From Patescibacteria group bacterium (lineage in GTDB: Bacteria; Patescibacteriota; Patescibacteriia; UBA2591; CALHIP01), in the NCBI GenBank assembly GCA_026417895.1, contig JAOACJ010000016.1, forward strand, positions 20,015 to 84,014: DNA of 64,000 nucleotides. The letters are read 5' to 3'. The notes below the pieces were generated by a model that saw only the letters and a list, made by a program, of their open reading frames with translations, ran no database searches and was not told where the DNA came from. Numbering within the stretch: position 1 is the first letter of the stretch; each line of letters begins with the position of its first letter. The translations under genes and the position numbers were made by a program. This document shows, one piece after another, positions 28,359-38,061 of this stretch.

Positions 28359-29891
28359 TCAAATAACTTCTCTTTCTGATCTAACGCGATATTGAATTGC
28401 TTCGGCTATGTGAGATGGGGCAATTTTTTCTTTTTGGGCTAAATCAGCAATTGTCCGAGCGACCTTAAGAATGCGGTAATAAGCTCGAGCTGAGAGAAAA
28501 AATTTTTCAACCGCCTCTTTAAGTAATGTTTCCCCTTCTTGGTCAATTTGACAAAATTTTTTGATTTCTCTTACTCCCATTTCAGCATTGGTTAGAAAAT
28601 CTGTTTTTTTAAATCTTTCTCTCTGAATATTTCTAGCCATTTCTACTCTTTTCCTTATTTCTTGAGAACTTTCTGCAACCTTTTCTTCGAATAACTTTTC
28701 TAGACCTAAACGAGGCACTTCTAAGTGTAAATCAATTCTGTCTAGAAGTGGGCCAGAAATTTTTTTATGATATTTAATAATTTGTGCCGGCGAACAGAGA
28801 CAGGGTTTATTTGGGTCGCCATAATAACCACAAGGACAAGGATTTTCTGAGGCAATAAAAATAAAATTAGCCGGAAAAGTTAATGAACCTTTGACGCGAG
28901 AAATTGTGACAACCCCATCTTCTAAGGGCTGACGAAGGCTTTCTAAAACATGGCGAGAAAATTCTGGTAATTCGTCAAGAAACAAAACGCCGCGATGAGC
29001 TAAACTGATTTCACCGGGCCGAGGTGTCGAGCCGCCGCCAATTAAAGCAGTTTCGGAAACGGTATGATGGGGCGAACGAAATGGTCGAGTAGTAATAAAT
29101 GGCTTCTCTTCTGAAAGTAAACCAGCAATCGAATAAATTTTACTCACTTCTAAAATCTCCTCTCTTGTCATCTTTGGCAAAATTGAGGGTATGGTTTTGG
29201 CTAAAAGAGTTTTACCGGCCCCAGGCGGACCGGACATGAGAAGATTGTGACCACCAGCGGCAACAATTTCCAGCGCTCTCTTAACTTGCTCTTGACCTTT
29301 AATATAAGCCATATCAACCTCATATTTCTCCTCTTTAATATCTATTCCTTGACCAATGATTGGTTTTAAAGGAGAAGCGCCGGAAAGATGGGCTAAAAAT
29401 TCTTTTAATGAACGAAGGGGGAAGATTCTAACACCTTCAACCAAATTTGCTTCTTGTAAATTAGCCCGTGGCAAAAAGATGCCTTCTAATCCTTTTTCTT
29501 TAACTAAAAGAGCAAGAGGTAAAACCCCTTTACTATGTTTTAAGTCACCGTTTAAAGAAAGTTCACCTAAAAAGAGATAGTTCTGAGGAAATAAATTAAA
29601 AGGAATTTGTTGAGAAGCAATGAGAATCCCCAAGGCAATTGGTAAATCATAAATTGGCCCTTCTTTTTTCAAATCGGCTGGAGCTAAGTTAATCACTAGT
29701 CTTTTTTGATGGGGAAATTTAAGACCAGAGTTTTTAATAGCTAATTTTACTCTTTCTTTTGCTTCTTCAATTGCCTTATCTGCTAAACCAATAATTTCTA
29801 AACCAGGAAAGCCAGTGGAAAGATCAACCTCAACTTCAACAATTTTGGAGGAAAGACCAATAGTAACGCCAGAAAGAATTTTAACTAACAT
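28359..29891 (-). CDS. comM: YifB/ComM Mg-chelatase-like AAA+ ATPase
   Basis: INLAPADLKKEG, GPPGAGKT, RPFRSPHH, GEISLAHRGVLFLDE, NPCPCG. Confidence 0.95.
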   Translation of the reverse strand: MLVKILSGVTIGLSSKIVEVEVDLSTGFPGLEIIGLADKAIEEAKERVKLAIKNSGLKFPHQKRLVINLAPADLKKEGPIYDLPIALGILIASQQIPFNLFPQNYLFLGELSLNGDLKHSKGVLPLALLVKEKGLEGIFLPRANLQEANLVEGVRIFPLRSLKEFLAHLSGASPLKPIIGQGIDIKEEKYEVDMAYIKGQEQVKRALEIVAAGGHNLLMSGPPGAGKTLLAKTIPSILPKMTREEILEVSKIYSIAGLLSEEKPFITTRPFRSPHHTVSETALIGGGSTPRPGEISLAHRGVLFLDELPEFSRHVLESLRQPLEDGVVTISRVKGSLTFPANFIFIASENPCPCGYYGDPNKPCLCSPAQIIKYHKKISGPLLDRIDLHLEVPRLGLEKLFEEKVAESSQEIRKRVEMARNIQRERFKKTDFLTNAEMGVREIKKFCQIDQEGETLLKEAVEKFFLSARAYYRILKVARTIADLAQKEKIAPSHIAEAIQYRVRSEREVI

Positions 29892-29905
29892 AGAGATAGA
29901 GTATG

Positions 29906-30334
29906 CTAAGGGTCAAGGTTGTTTATCTTGTCTGGTTTAAATGATTTTATAATGAATAAAATTGTGCCCAGTAGAATCATTATATCAGAAAAATTGAAAC
30001 TAAAAACAGAGAAAAAGTTAAAGTAATCAATGACAAAACCGTAGAGAAGGCGATCCAAGAAATTACTCAAACCACCAATAAAAACAGAAGAAAGAAAATA
30101 AGAAAGATGGTATTTTTTATTTTTGAAACTTTTGATAAGCAAAAAAATGAGAAGAAAAAAAATCATCAAAACAAGAAAATAAAAAATATCTCCCTTGAAA
30201 AAAAAGAGAAAGTAAGGATTAGGGATTAATTTAAAAAATAAATATTCTTTTTTTATTAAAAGAATATTTTTAATCAAGCGTTCTAAAATAAAAAAAAGAA
30301 GAAAGAAAATAAGAAAATATTTTTCCTTTTTCAT
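29906..30334 (-). CDS. lspA: Lipoprotein signal peptidase II
   Basis: GGLSNFLDRLLYGFVIDY...FNFSD motif. Confidence 0.85.
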   Translation of the reverse strand: MKKEKYFLIFFLLFFILERLIKNILLIKKEYLFFKLIPNPYFLFFFKGDIFYFLVLMIFFLLIFLLIKSFKNKKYHLSYFLSSVFIGGLSNFLDRLLYGFVIDYFNFFSVFSFNFSDIMILLGTILFIIKSFKPDKINNLDP

Positions 30335-30335
30335 T

Positions 30336-30689
30336 TTATTTTTTACAGGTTAAACAATATTTCGCTGTCGGCAACGCTCTTAATCTCTTTTCATCAATTT
30401 TTTGACCACATTTTTCACAAATTCCATAGGTTCCTTTTTTAATTTTCTCTAGGGCAAGATTAACCTCTTCTAAACTTTTCTCTAGACTACTTCCCAAAGA
30501 AAGCCGATCACCGAAAGCAGAAACCTCGTCGGCCATCTCATCTTCTTTATCACCAAAATCAGGAAAGTCCACTTCAAAGCCATTACCAAATCTTTTACTT
30601 CTTTCACCCAATTTCTCTAGCTGAGCTTCTAATTCTGTTTTTTGTTTTTTTAATCTCTCCTCAATTTCTTTTAAGAAATTTTTAAACAT
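30336..30689 (-). CDS. TraR/DksA C4 zinc-finger protein
   Basis: Coiled coil with DxxDE tip; GTYGICEKCG...RLRALP..YCLTC. Confidence 0.9.
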   Translation of the reverse strand: MFKNFLKEIEERLKKQKTELEAQLEKLGERSKRFGNGFEVDFPDFGDKEDEMADEVSAFGDRLSLGSSLEKSLEEVNLALEKIKKGTYGICEKCGQKIDEKRLRALPTAKYCLTCKK

Positions 30690-30785
30690 AAAGAATCTTT
30701 AAAAGGTCTTAATAAACACAAAAACCACGCAAAATTATTAAAAAATAATAAAAAAACCGTGGTTCTAAATATTTAAGATAGAAGA

Positions 30786-30829
30786 AAGATAACACTTTAT
30801 AAATAAGAGGTCAAGAAAAGTTATCCACA
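30786..30829 (-). promoter_or_regulatory. Promoter of the dksA-like-lspA-comM unit with adjacent perfect DnaA box
   Basis: Minus strand TGTGGATAA (30821-30829)-6nt-TTGACC-17nt-TATCTT with extended TG. Confidence 0.65.
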
Positions 30830-30857
30830 GGTAAGACTATACTATTTAGATTAGAGT

Positions 30858-31223
30858 CTATACATTATTTGAGGTGTTATTTCTTTCTAAAAGTTTTGCC
30901 CTTTTTAGCAATTTCTCTAATCTTTCTTTCATTGACCAAAAATCAAGGTTTTTGATTTCTGGTTTGGTTAAAATTATAATATCAAAACCTTTTTTTATTT
31001 TATTTAAATCTTGATAAATAATTTCACGCAACCTCCTTTTAATTTTATTCCTAACAGTTGATCTTTTGTCAATTTTATTGGCCACCACTAGGCCAAAACG
31101 AGAAAATTTAAAATTGTTTTTCAAATATTTTAATCCTAATTCTTTAGTAAAAAAAGGTTGACCTTGTTTAGCTAAAATTTTAAAATCCTTTTCTTTGACC
31201 AGTCGATATTTTTTTGGCAACAT
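30858..31223 (-). CDS. rnpA: Ribonuclease P protein component
   Basis: MLPKKYRL...RFGLVV..K...VRNKIKRRLRE (RNR motif). Confidence 0.95.
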   Translation of the reverse strand: MLPKKYRLVKEKDFKILAKQGQPFFTKELGLKYLKNNFKFSRFGLVVANKIDKRSTVRNKIKRRLREIIYQDLNKIKKGFDIIILTKPEIKNLDFWSMKERLEKLLKRAKLLERNNTSNNV

Positions 31224-31263
31224 AAAAATTGAATTGACTAACTATTCAGATCAATCAGATTTT

Positions 31264-31404
31264 TCAAACAGTTAACCTTTTCCTCTTTTTCATTCTTCTT
31301 CTTTTTAGAACATTCCGTCCCGCTTTTGTTCTCATTCTTTTTAAGAAACCGTGAACTCTTTTTCTTCTTCTTACTTTTGGTTGATAAGTCCGTTGAGGAG
31401 ACAT
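31264..31404 (-). CDS. rpmH: 50S ribosomal protein L34
   Basis: Not in ORF track (46 aa); manual translation [46 protein letters not shown]. Confidence 0.95.
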   Translation of the reverse strand: MSPQRTYQPKVRRRKRVHGFLKRMRTKAGRNVLKRRRMKKRKRLTV

Positions 31405-31434
31405 AAATTTTTAATTTATTTTCTTTTATTTTTT

Positions 31435-31683
31435 TTATTTAACCGGATCCCAACCTCCTTTTGAAAAAGGATGACATCTTAAAATTCTGATAATGGTTTT
31501 AAATAAACCTTTCAAAAAGCCATGTTTTTCTATGGCTTGAGCGGCATATTCTGAACAAGTTGGTCTAAATTTACAGATGCCAGGAAATGGATGCAGAAGA
31601 GAAAAATAACCTCTCTCAGGAGAAAAGTATTGCTGATAAATTTTAATCAAATATAGAACAAAATAACGAAAAGAGATTTTCAT
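31435..31683 (-). CDS. yidD: Membrane protein insertion efficiency factor YidD
   Basis: [11 protein letters not shown]...[16 protein letters not shown]. Confidence 0.95.
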   Translation of the reverse strand: MKISFRYFVLYLIKIYQQYFSPERGYFSLLHPFPGICKFRPTCSEYAAQAIEKHGFLKGLFKTIIRILRCHPFSKGGWDPVK

Positions 31684-33839
31684 AAAAAACCTTTTTTTCG
31701 ATAAAAAGATTTATCAGCTATTCGCTTCAAAGAAAAACTCAATCGGCCCATTTCATCAATTTTAATCAATTTAACCGGAATAATCTCCCCTACTTCTAAA
31801 ATATCATTTATATTTTTGACACGGAAGGGGGCAATTTCTGAAATATGAATCAATCCTGATTCGCCGGAAAAGAGTTCAACAAAAGCACCAAAATCGACAA
31901 TTCGTGTAATTTTTGCCCGAAAAATTTCACCAACCTTTATCTCTTTGGTTAAATCATTAATCCAATCACGGGCTTTAATCAAAGCCTCTTGAGAAGGAGA
32001 GGTGACGATTACCAGCCCGTCATTTTCAATGTCAATAGTAACGCCGGTTTGAGCGACAATCTCGTTAATAACCTTACCTTTCGGACCAATAATATTACGA
32101 ATCTTCTCTGGTTCAATGCGAAAAGCAATAATCTTAGGCGCAAAAGGAGAAAGTTCTTGCCGAGGCGAGGTTAAAATTGAATTCATAAAATCAAGAATTT
32201 TATTTCGACCAATTTTTGCTTTTTCTAAAGCCTCTTTAGTAATTTCAAAAGAAAGTCCTTTTGTTTTAGTATCCATCTGAATGGCGGTAATACCCTCTCT
32301 TGTGCCAATCACTTTAAAATCCATCCCACCTGGCCCATCTTCTAAATCCTGAAGGTCAATAAAGGTTTTAAATCTTTTAAAATTTCCATTCTCTTCTTCT
32401 GAACTTAAACCAACAGCAATACCAGCTACTGGTCTTTTGATTGGTACACCAGCATCCATTAAAGCTAAACAAGAAGCACAAGCTGAAGCCATAGAGGTCG
32501 AACCATTAGAAGACAAAACTTCTGAGACAACGCGAATGGTATAAGGAAAAGTTTCTTGATCGGGCATTACGGCCAAAAGACCTTTTTCAACTAACATACT
32601 ATGACCGGTTTCTCTTCGACCAGTTGTTCGTAAAGGAGCTACTTCGCCAGCCGAAAAGGGTGGAAAATTGTAATGATGCATAAAACGTTTCCGGCCTGAT
32701 TCTTCCATGGTATCTAAATACTGTTCCATGCCCGGCGCCCCCAAGGTCACCGTGGCAAGAACTTGAGTTTCACCGCGCTGAAAAAGAGCTGAGCCGTGAA
32801 CACGGGGCAAAACTCCTACTTTGGCAAAAAGAGGACGAATTTCATCCAATCCTCGTCCATCAATTCTTTTTTCTTTATCGAGAATTGATTGACTAATCGC
32901 CGTGTAAATTGATTTGTTAACTTGTTCAATCGCTTTTTCTCTTTTTTCTTTGCCAATATTTTTTTTAATCAAAATTTCATCTAACTCGCGACGAATTTTT
33001 TCGACAGCAGCAATTCTTTCTTCTTTGCTTGCTAATTTTTTTTGAAATAAATATTTTGGTATCTCTTTTTGGGAAAAGTCACGAACAATTTTTTCAATTT
33101 TCTCTTGCTCTTTCTTTTCTTCGGCGGTTAATTCTTTTAACCAAGAATAGTTTTTAGGCTTTCCTACTTTTTCCTGAATTTCTTGAAAAAACTTAATTAG
33201 ACGTCGACTATGTTTAAGACTAAATTGAGTAGCTTTAAGAACCACCTCTTCTGAAACTTCTAGGGCACTGGCCTCAATCATAATGATTTTTTGGTCTAAA
33301 CTACAAACCACTAAATCGAGATTACTTTTGGCTCGAGCTTGATAGGTAGGGTTTAAAACTAATTCTTGATTAATTTGACCAACACGAACACCAGCCACTG
33401 GCCCCGACCAAGGAATATCAGAGATGGCCAAAGCCAAAGAAGCAGCATAAAGAGCAACAAGGTCAGGATCATTTTCTTGATCAACAGAAAGAACGGTAGT
33501 GATAATTTGAACTTCACGACGCAAATCCTGATTAAACAAGGGTCTTAAAGAACGATCGATCAGCCGACCGGCTAAAATAGCTTCGTCGGGCGGCCGTGTC
33601 TCTCTTTTAATAAAACGGGAACCTTTAATTTTACCGGCAGCATAAAATCTCTCTTCGTAGTCAACGGTTAAAGGAAAATAATCCAACTCACCCCGCTCTT
33701 CGCCCATAACAGCCGTAGCTAAGACCGTTGTTTCGCCGTATTGAACAATAACCGAACCATTGGCTTGGTTAGCTAATGCTCCAGTTTTAACGATTAATTT
33801 TCTTCCACCGATTTCTGTGGTAAAAATTTTTTCTTCCAT
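31680..33839 (-). CDS. pnp: Polyribonucleotide nucleotidyltransferase
   Basis: Two RNase PH domains ([26 protein letters not shown]), KH and S1 domains. Confidence 0.97.
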   Translation of the reverse strand: MEEKIFTTEIGGRKLIVKTGALANQANGSVIVQYGETTVLATAVMGEERGELDYFPLTVDYEERFYAAGKIKGSRFIKRETRPPDEAILAGRLIDRSLRPLFNQDLRREVQIITTVLSVDQENDPDLVALYAASLALAISDIPWSGPVAGVRVGQINQELVLNPTYQARAKSNLDLVVCSLDQKIIMIEASALEVSEEVVLKATQFSLKHSRRLIKFFQEIQEKVGKPKNYSWLKELTAEEKKEQEKIEKIVRDFSQKEIPKYLFQKKLASKEERIAAVEKIRRELDEILIKKNIGKEKREKAIEQVNKSIYTAISQSILDKEKRIDGRGLDEIRPLFAKVGVLPRVHGSALFQRGETQVLATVTLGAPGMEQYLDTMEESGRKRFMHHYNFPPFSAGEVAPLRTTGRRETGHSMLVEKGLLAVMPDQETFPYTIRVVSEVLSSNGSTSMASACASCLALMDAGVPIKRPVAGIAVGLSSEEENGNFKRFKTFIDLQDLEDGPGGMDFKVIGTREGITAIQMDTKTKGLSFEITKEALEKAKIGRNKILDFMNSILTSPRQELSPFAPKIIAFRIEPEKIRNIIGPKGKVINEIVAQTGVTIDIENDGLVIVTSPSQEALIKARDWINDLTKEIKVGEIFRAKITRIVDFGAFVELFSGESGLIHISEIAPFRVKNINDILEVGEIIPVKLIKIDEMGRLSFSLKRIADKSFYRKKGFL

Positions 33840-33847
33840 AGAAGTTT

Positions 33848-34360
33848 CTATTCATATTTTCTAATTAGAAATTTTCTTTTTTGTTGAGATAAATCAATAA
33901 ATTCGTCAGCCATTTCAATTAGTTTGGCTGAAGTCGTTTCTTTAAAAGCCATCACTTCTACCCGACAACCTTTGTTTTCTTTTAAATAATTAACCAGGGG
34001 AACAAAATCACCATCACCGGTGACTAAAACTACGACATCAATTTTTTCGGCCAATTTCACCGCATCAATGGCAATACCAACGTCCCAATCGGCTTTTTTT
34101 GCCCCACCATAAAATATCTGTAAATCTTTCAGCTTTATTTCAAAACCTTGTTTGGCTAAAGCCTCAAAAAAACTTTCTTCTTCAAAAGACTTTGAACGAA
34201 TAACATAGGCAATTGCCCTGATTAGTTGTCTACCCCTACTACCTTCTTCTAAAATTTTCCGAAAATTGACTCTCGCTCCATATAAATTTTTCGCCGAATG
34301 ATAAATATTTTGTGTATCAATAAAAAGACCGACTCTTTGAAATTTATAATTAAGAATCAT
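33848..34360 (-). CDS. NYN/LabA (PIN-like) domain protein
   Basis: FIDTQN, K.DWDVGIAIDA, LVTGDGDFVP, ADEFID. Confidence 0.9.
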   Translation of the reverse strand: MILNYKFQRVGLFIDTQNIYHSAKNLYGARVNFRKILEEGSRGRQLIRAIAYVIRSKSFEEESFFEALAKQGFEIKLKDLQIFYGGAKKADWDVGIAIDAVKLAEKIDVVVLVTGDGDFVPLVNYLKENKGCRVEVMAFKETTSAKLIEMADEFIDLSQQKRKFLIRKYE

Positions 34361-34374
34361 ATGGAAATTAAATT

Positions 34375-34641
34375 TTATTTGCCTCTTATTTTTTTAATAA
34401 TTTTTTCATAACTTTCTGGGTCGGTTTTTTCTAAATAACGCAAGAGTTTTCGGCGTTGAGCTACCTTTCGCAATAAACCTCTTTTTGAGGAAAAGTCATG
34501 TTTATGAGTTGTTAAATGGCGGACTAATTCTTTAATTTCTTGAGTTAAAAGACCAACCTGAACTTCAATTGAGCCGGTATCTTTTTCATGTAGGGCATAA
34601 TCCTTTTTAATTTTTTTCTTAGTTTCTTTTTTAAGCGACAT
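34375..34641 (-). CDS. rpsO: 30S ribosomal protein S15
   Basis: DTGSIEVQVGLLT...HKHDFSSKRGLL...RRKLLRYL. Confidence 0.96.
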   Translation of the reverse strand: MSLKKETKKKIKKDYALHEKDTGSIEVQVGLLTQEIKELVRHLTTHKHDFSSKRGLLRKVAQRRKLLRYLEKTDPESYEKIIKKIRGK

Positions 34642-34649
34642 AATTTGAG

Positions 34650-34697
34650 ATTATAACAAAGACTAAATTTTTGTCAAAAAGAAAAATATGATAGAAT
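34650..34697. promoter_or_regulatory. Overlapping divergent, near-leaderless promoters for rpsO (-) and the glycosyltransferase (+)
   Basis: Minus: TTGACA-16nt-TATAAT with extended TG, 8 nt before the rpsO ATG. Plus: TGaTAGAAT 7 nt before ATG 34705. Confidence 0.6.
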
Positions 34698-34704
34698 AAA
34701 AAAT

Positions 34705-35865
34705 ATGCGAATTGGCTTTTTTAGCGACACTTATTTACCAATTACTTTTGGCACTGAAATCTCTATGGAAACTTTTAAAAAGGAGCTAGAAAAATTTGGT
34801 CATGAAGTTTTTGTTTTTTGCCCAAAATATCCAGACCGAGAAGGGCTAGAAAAAAATGTTTTTCGTTTCCCTTCTCTCCGTTTAATGAAAAGTCCAGAAA
34901 ATCGGTTGATGTTTTTTGGACCAGCGGCGGTGAAAAAAATTGTTAATTTAAAATTAGACGTCGCTCACGCCCACACGCCCTTTTCGGCCGGTATTTTAGC
35001 CAAGCTGGTAGCTAAGAAACTAAAAATTCCTCTTTTCTATACCTCACACATGCTTTATCCTGAATATGCTAAACACTGGTTGATTAGAGAAAATAAAATT
35101 TTGCCGATTTTAATGAAATTCTATTTAAAAATCTATGGCAATAGTTGTACCGCTTTAATTGCTCCTTCAGAAAAAATGAAAAAATTACTTGAGGAATATG
35201 GTGTGGAAAAGCCAATTTTTGTTTTACCAACTGGTCTTGATTTTACACGATTAGAAAAAGTTCAAGAAAAAGATTCGGAAACAAAAAGGAAATTTAATAT
35301 TCCTTTAGACCACAAAATCTTACTCTACGTTGGCCGCTTGACTCAAGAAAAAAATGTTGGCTTTCTTCTGGAGGCTTTTTCTGAAATTCGAAAAAAGAAA
35401 CAAGATGTTTGTTTAGTCTTGGTTGGTGAAGGATACTTAGAAAGAGAATTGAAAGAAAGAACAAAAAAATTAGGTTTAGAAAAAAAAGTCATTTTTACCG
35501 GTCGAATTTTATGGGAAGAGGTGGTCAAACTTTATCGCGACGCCTATCTTTTTCTCTTTGCTTCTTTAACTGATACGCAGGGCTTGATTATTGTTGAAGC
35601 AAGTTATTTTGGCCTACCGATTGTTGCTTTGAAAGATGAGTCTTATCAAGGAATGTTGATTGATGGAAAAAATGGCTTTACGGTTTATCCCTACGACCCT
35701 GTTCTTTTCGCTAAAAAAGTCTTAGAAATTTTAAATGACGAAAAACTCTATCAAGAATTTTCAAAAAATGGTCGGGAGTTAGCCAAAAAATTTTCCGCTG
35801 AAAATCAGGCAAGAAAATTGGTTGAGATTTACGAGAAAATGCGATCCATGCCGATAGGCAAATAA
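34705..35865 (+). CDS. GT4 glycosyltransferase (diacylglycerol glucosyltransferase-like)
   Basis: MRIGFFSDTYLP, HAHTPF, YVGRLTQEKN, ASLTDTQGL..EA. Confidence 0.9.
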   Translation: MRIGFFSDTYLPITFGTEISMETFKKELEKFGHEVFVFCPKYPDREGLEKNVFRFPSLRLMKSPENRLMFFGPAAVKKIVNLKLDVAHAHTPFSAGILAKLVAKKLKIPLFYTSHMLYPEYAKHWLIRENKILPILMKFYLKIYGNSCTALIAPSEKMKKLLEEYGVEKPIFVLPTGLDFTRLEKVQEKDSETKRKFNIPLDHKILLYVGRLTQEKNVGFLLEAFSEIRKKKQDVCLVLVGEGYLERELKERTKKLGLEKKVIFTGRILWEEVVKLYRDAYLFLFASLTDTQGLIIVEASYFGLPIVALKDESYQGMLIDGKNGFTVYPYDPVLFAKKVLEILNDEKLYQEFSKNGRELAKKFSAENQARKLVEIYEKMRSMPIGK

Positions 35866-35894
35866 TTGACAAAAATAAATTTTTAGGTTAAAAT
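35866..35894 (+). promoter_or_regulatory. tRNA promoter
   Basis: TTGACA-17nt-TAAAAT. Confidence 0.75.
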
Positions 35895-35937
35895 TTTATT
35901 AAAATAAAATTAAAGTTTTTATTTTTTAATTTTTAAT

Positions 35938-36009
35938 GCCCCCATAGCTCAATGGATAGAGCATCAGCCTTCTAAGCTGAGGATGCGTGTTCGATTCACG
36001 CTGGGGGTA
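35938..36009 (+). tRNA. tRNA-Arg(TCT), CCA not encoded
   Basis: Cloverleaf: acceptor GCCCCCA/TGGGGGT, D arm GCTC/GAGC, anticodon TCAGC-CTTCTAA-GCTGA, T arm GCGTG-TTCGATT-CACGC. Confidence 0.96.
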
Positions 36010-36036
36010 TGACAATAAAATCAAAAAAAATAGAAA

Positions 36037-36070
36037 AATAAAAAAGACGAAAAACAATCGTCTTTTTATT
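36037..36070. terminator. Probable bidirectional terminator between tRNA-Arg and recA
   Basis: AAAAAGACGA-7nt-TCGTCTTTTT hairpin. Confidence 0.65.
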
Positions 36071-36158
36071 AACTATTATTTAATTATAGACTTCCTAAAT
36101 TCTATTATCTAAAATTTGGGTAATTTTATCTCTTTTTTTACGGTTCAAGTCTCAAAAA

Positions 36159-37163
36159 TTATTCTTTCACCTTTGCTAAAATAGCTTGACGAATTTCTGT
36201 AATTAATTTTGGATTGGTTTTTAAAAATTCTCTCGCTCCTTCCCGGCCAACACCAAGTTTTGTTTCGCCAAAAGAAAAAGTGTTGCCAGATTTTTTTATA
36301 AGACCATAATTCAAACCTAAATCAATTAAATCACCGCTCAGAGAAATGCCTTCATTATAAATAATATCAAATTCACATCCTTTAAAAGGTGGGGCAACTT
36401 TATTCTTGACGACTTTCGCTTTGACTCGATTACCAATTACTTGTTCTCCTTTTTTAATCTGTCCAACTTTTTTTAATTCAATCCGCACCGATGAATAAAA
36501 TTTCAAAGCAGTGCCGCCAGTCGTTGTTGTAGGAGAACCCCACATAATGCCGATTTTTTGCCGTGTTTGGTTAAGAAAAATTACAATTGTTTTACTCTTA
36601 GCAACAATACCGGCTAACTTACGTAAGGCTTGACTCATTAGCCTGGCTTGAAGACCGACAAACTGATCGCCCATTTCGCCTTCAATTTCAGCTTTAGGTG
36701 TTAAAGCCGCTACTGAGTCAATAACAATAGCGTCAACGGCATTTGAACGAACAAGTGTTTCGACAATTTCTAAAGCTTGCTCGCCAGTGTCAGGTTGAGA
36801 AATTAATAAATCTTCAACTTTGACACCAATTTTTTTTGCATATTCTGGATCTAAAGCATGCTCGGCATCAACAAAGGCTGCCACTCCTTTTTGTTTTTGT
36901 AATTCCGCTAAAATATGAAGAGCAAGTGTCGTCTTGCCTGAGGCTTCGTCGCCGAAAATTTCAATGATCCGACCGCGTGGTACACCACCGACTCCCAAAG
37001 CCAGGTCCAAGGAGAGACAGCCGGTGGAAACCGTTTCCACCTCCATTCTTTTAGCTTCTCCTAATCTCATAATTGAGCCTTCGCCAAATCTTTCTTTGAT
37101 CTGTTTAATTGCTTCTTCGGCGGCTTTAATTTTTTCGTCTTTTAATTCTTTTTCTTTGGCCAT
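36159..37163 (-). CDS. recA: Recombinase RecA
   Basis: [44 protein letters not shown]. Confidence 0.98.
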   Translation of the reverse strand: MAKEKELKDEKIKAAEEAIKQIKERFGEGSIMRLGEAKRMEVETVSTGCLSLDLALGVGGVPRGRIIEIFGDEASGKTTLALHILAELQKQKGVAAFVDAEHALDPEYAKKIGVKVEDLLISQPDTGEQALEIVETLVRSNAVDAIVIDSVAALTPKAEIEGEMGDQFVGLQARLMSQALRKLAGIVAKSKTIVIFLNQTRQKIGIMWGSPTTTTGGTALKFYSSVRIELKKVGQIKKGEQVIGNRVKAKVVKNKVAPPFKGCEFDIIYNEGISLSGDLIDLGLNYGLIKKSGNTFSFGETKLGVGREGAREFLKTNPKLITEIRQAILAKVKE

Positions 37164-37181
37164 AAATTTAAAAATTATTTT

Positions 37182-37988
37182 TTAATCTATTTTTATCTCT
37201 TGGTCAACCCTTTGAATAGAGGAGGCTTTTTTTGTCTTTGGATCAATGGCAAGAAATACAGCATTAATAATAGCTTCTCCTTTTTCCGGAATTTCAAAAT
37301 TCTGAGGGATCTGGCTCAAAAAGGCAGTTAAGACATTTTTTTTCTCAACACCGATGACGGAATTTTTTGCTCCAACCATCCCAATGTCTGATAAAAAAGC
37401 GGTGCCAGAAGATAAAATTTGAGCATCAATAGTGCCAATATGAGTATGAGTACCCAAAACAGCACTTGCCCGGCCATCAAGATAGTGTCCTAAAGCAACT
37501 TTTTCTGAGGTTGCTTCAGCGTGAAAGTCTACAATAATAGCATTTAAATTCTTGTTAGAAAATCGAGCCAAGATCTCGTCAGCCTTGCGAAAAGGACAGT
37601 CGGCTTCTATTTCCAAAAAAACTCTACCTAACAAGTTTATCACTAAAATAAAATTTTGACCAATTTTAATAATTTTTTCACCTGAACCGGGCGTCTCAGG
37701 TGGATAATTAGCTGGCCGAATAATTTTATCTTTCAAATCTTTGTCTTTAAAAATTTCAAAGATCTCTTTCTTTGACCAAATATGATTGCCGGAAGTAAAA
37801 AAATCAACACCGGCATTCTTTATTTCTTGTAAAGTCTTTCTAGTGACACCCAAACCATGGGCTAGATTTTCTACGTTTGCCAAAATTAAGTCCGGTTTAA
37901 ATTTTCTTTTCAATTTGGGCAAGATTCTAATCAGGGCTCGTCGACCAATTTTTCCAACAACATCACCAAAGAAAAGTACCTTAATCAT
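37182..37988 (-). CDS. ymdB: YmdB/TIGR00282 metallophosphoesterase
   Basis: GDVVG, TSGNH, DFHAEATSEK, GTHTH, DIGMVG. Confidence 0.93.
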   Translation of the reverse strand: MIKVLFFGDVVGKIGRRALIRILPKLKRKFKPDLILANVENLAHGLGVTRKTLQEIKNAGVDFFTSGNHIWSKKEIFEIFKDKDLKDKIIRPANYPPETPGSGEKIIKIGQNFILVINLLGRVFLEIEADCPFRKADEILARFSNKNLNAIIVDFHAEATSEKVALGHYLDGRASAVLGTHTHIGTIDAQILSSGTAFLSDIGMVGAKNSVIGVEKKNVLTAFLSQIPQNFEIPEKGEAIINAVFLAIDPKTKKASSIQRVDQEIKID

Positions 37989-37994
37989 ATTAAT

Positions 37995-38023
37995 ATTTTA
38001 TCATTACAATATCACAAAATCAA
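37995..38023 (-). promoter_or_regulatory. Leaderless promoter for ymdB-recA
   Basis: TTGATT-17nt-TAAAAT with extended TG, 6 nt before ATG 37988. Confidence 0.6.
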
Positions 38024-38061
38024 ACATTTTTGGATTCTATTTCTAGATTCTTCTTTCTAAT

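Noticed and set aside
35938..36158. tRNA-Arg as integration site of an island
   Set aside because: No duplicated tRNA 3' end or integrase seen; followed directly by a terminator and recA.
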